NCBI GenBank assembly: GCA_015233495.1
Contig: JADFXQ010000008.1
Coordinates: 1-48,899 of the forward strand
Source of the DNA: Candidatus Omnitrophota bacterium
GTDB taxonomy: Bacteria > Omnitrophota > Gorgyraeia > Zapsychrales > Zapsychraceae
Length of the DNA: 48,899 nucleotides
Direction of reading: 5' to 3'
Shown: in pieces, positions 48,276 to 48,899 of the stretch
Layout: each line of letters begins with the position of its first letter
Numbering within the stretch: the stretch's first letter is position 1
Made by a program: the position numbers and the translations under genes
The notes under the pieces: model-generated
Told to the model about the DNA's origin: nothing
The model's database searches: none
The model's input: the letters and a program-made list of their open reading frames with translations, nothing else

Positions 48276-48842
48276 TTAAAACTTCACCTCGGGCACAGTT
48301 TTGGCTTTTTCCTCCGCCTTGAAATATCCCGTGGCGGGTTTCAAACCATATATGCCGGCGATGATATTTCCCGGAAACATCCGCACCGTGATGTTGTAAT
48401 CCTGCACCGCTTCATTATACCGCATTCTTTCGACCGCAATGCGGTTTTCAGTGCCCGCCAATTCATCTTGCAGTTTTAAAAACGATTGATCCGCTTTCAG
48501 ATTCGGATAATTTTCCGCGACCAAAAGCAGGCGGGAAATCGCCGAATCCATGGCTCCGGCCGCCTTGACTTTTTCATCGACGGAACCGGCCTTGGCCCAC
48601 TGCGAACGGGCATTGGTCACTTCTTCTAAAACCGTTTTTTCATGCGCGGCATACCCTTTGACTGTGCTAACCAGATTCGGGATCAAATCACTGCGCCGTT
48701 GGATTTGATTATCCACCTGCGCCCATTTGGCGGTGATGGTTTCATGTTTGGCGACAATGCCGTTATAAGCTGAAACAATACTGCCGAAAAACAACAACCC
48801 AATAACTGCGATCACCCCGATAACAATTAAAAACGTTTTCAT
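48276..48842 (-). CDS. lemA: LemA family protein
   Basis: QRRSDLIPNLV, ENYPNLKA, TENRIAVER..YN. Confidence 0.95.
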   Translation of the reverse strand: MKTFLIVIGVIAVIGLLFFGSIVSAYNGIVAKHETITAKWAQVDNQIQRRSDLIPNLVSTVKGYAAHEKTVLEEVTNARSQWAKAGSVDEKVKAAGAMDSAISRLLLVAENYPNLKADQSFLKLQDELAGTENRIAVERMRYNEAVQDYNITVRMFPGNIIAGIYGLKPATGYFKAEEKAKTVPEVKF

Positions 48843-48866
48843 CTTATCCTCTCTTTTAAAAGTTTT

Positions 48867-48899
48867 TTAAAACCCGCCCCCGGCGCCGCCGCCCCCGCA
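48867..48899 (-). CDS. 3' end of a probable TPM-domain (YgcG-like) protein, truncated by window
   Basis: CGGGGAGGGF* glycine-rich tail directly upstream of lemA. Confidence 0.55.
   Translation of the reverse strand, partial: CGGGGAGGGF

Noticed and set aside
323..48479. Numerous short plus-strand and alternate-frame ORFs in the track (e.g. 323-859, 13682-14377, 17079-17819, 27452-28153)
   Set aside because: Shadows of well-supported genes with no recognisable motifs
1..48899. tRNA, rRNA, integrase, phage or defence genes
   Set aside because: None recognised by eye; a covariance-model scan was not possible

Overview
A 48.9-kb bacterial genomic window with almost all genes on the minus strand and one 18-N assembly gap at 5260-5277. 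Gene content suggests a diderm. Two large secreted proteins resemble, from my recall and without a search, a family common in Omnitrophota (OP3). Housekeeping blocks: nadA-nifS-nifU, amtB-glnK, a KimA-like permease, ECF sigma/anti-sigma/Spy/TolC-MacA-MacB, an RlmI-like methyltransferase, an HI0933 flavoprotein, and lemA-phoB-phoR-porin-pstSCAB-phoU. Notable elements: (1) a complete IS1380-family element with 19-bp IRs; (2) a GEMM-I riboswitch with the A20 variant associated with 3',3'-cGAMP sensing, plus its terminator, upstream of a secreted Pro-rich protein; (3) an ANTAR-type dual-hairpin/terminator leader on amtB; (4) two paralogous ~1300-aa secreted proteins sharing a ~330-aa N-terminal domain but with unrelated cargo, a candidate polymorphic effector family; (5) a decayed RHS/YD locus bracketed by a 47-bp direct repeat that duplicates part of the 5' end of the HI0933 gene; (6) a porin split at a T8 run; (7) an unannotated RelE/YafQ-like toxin remnant, Pho boxes and REP-like elements. 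No tRNA, rRNA or CRISPR array was seen.
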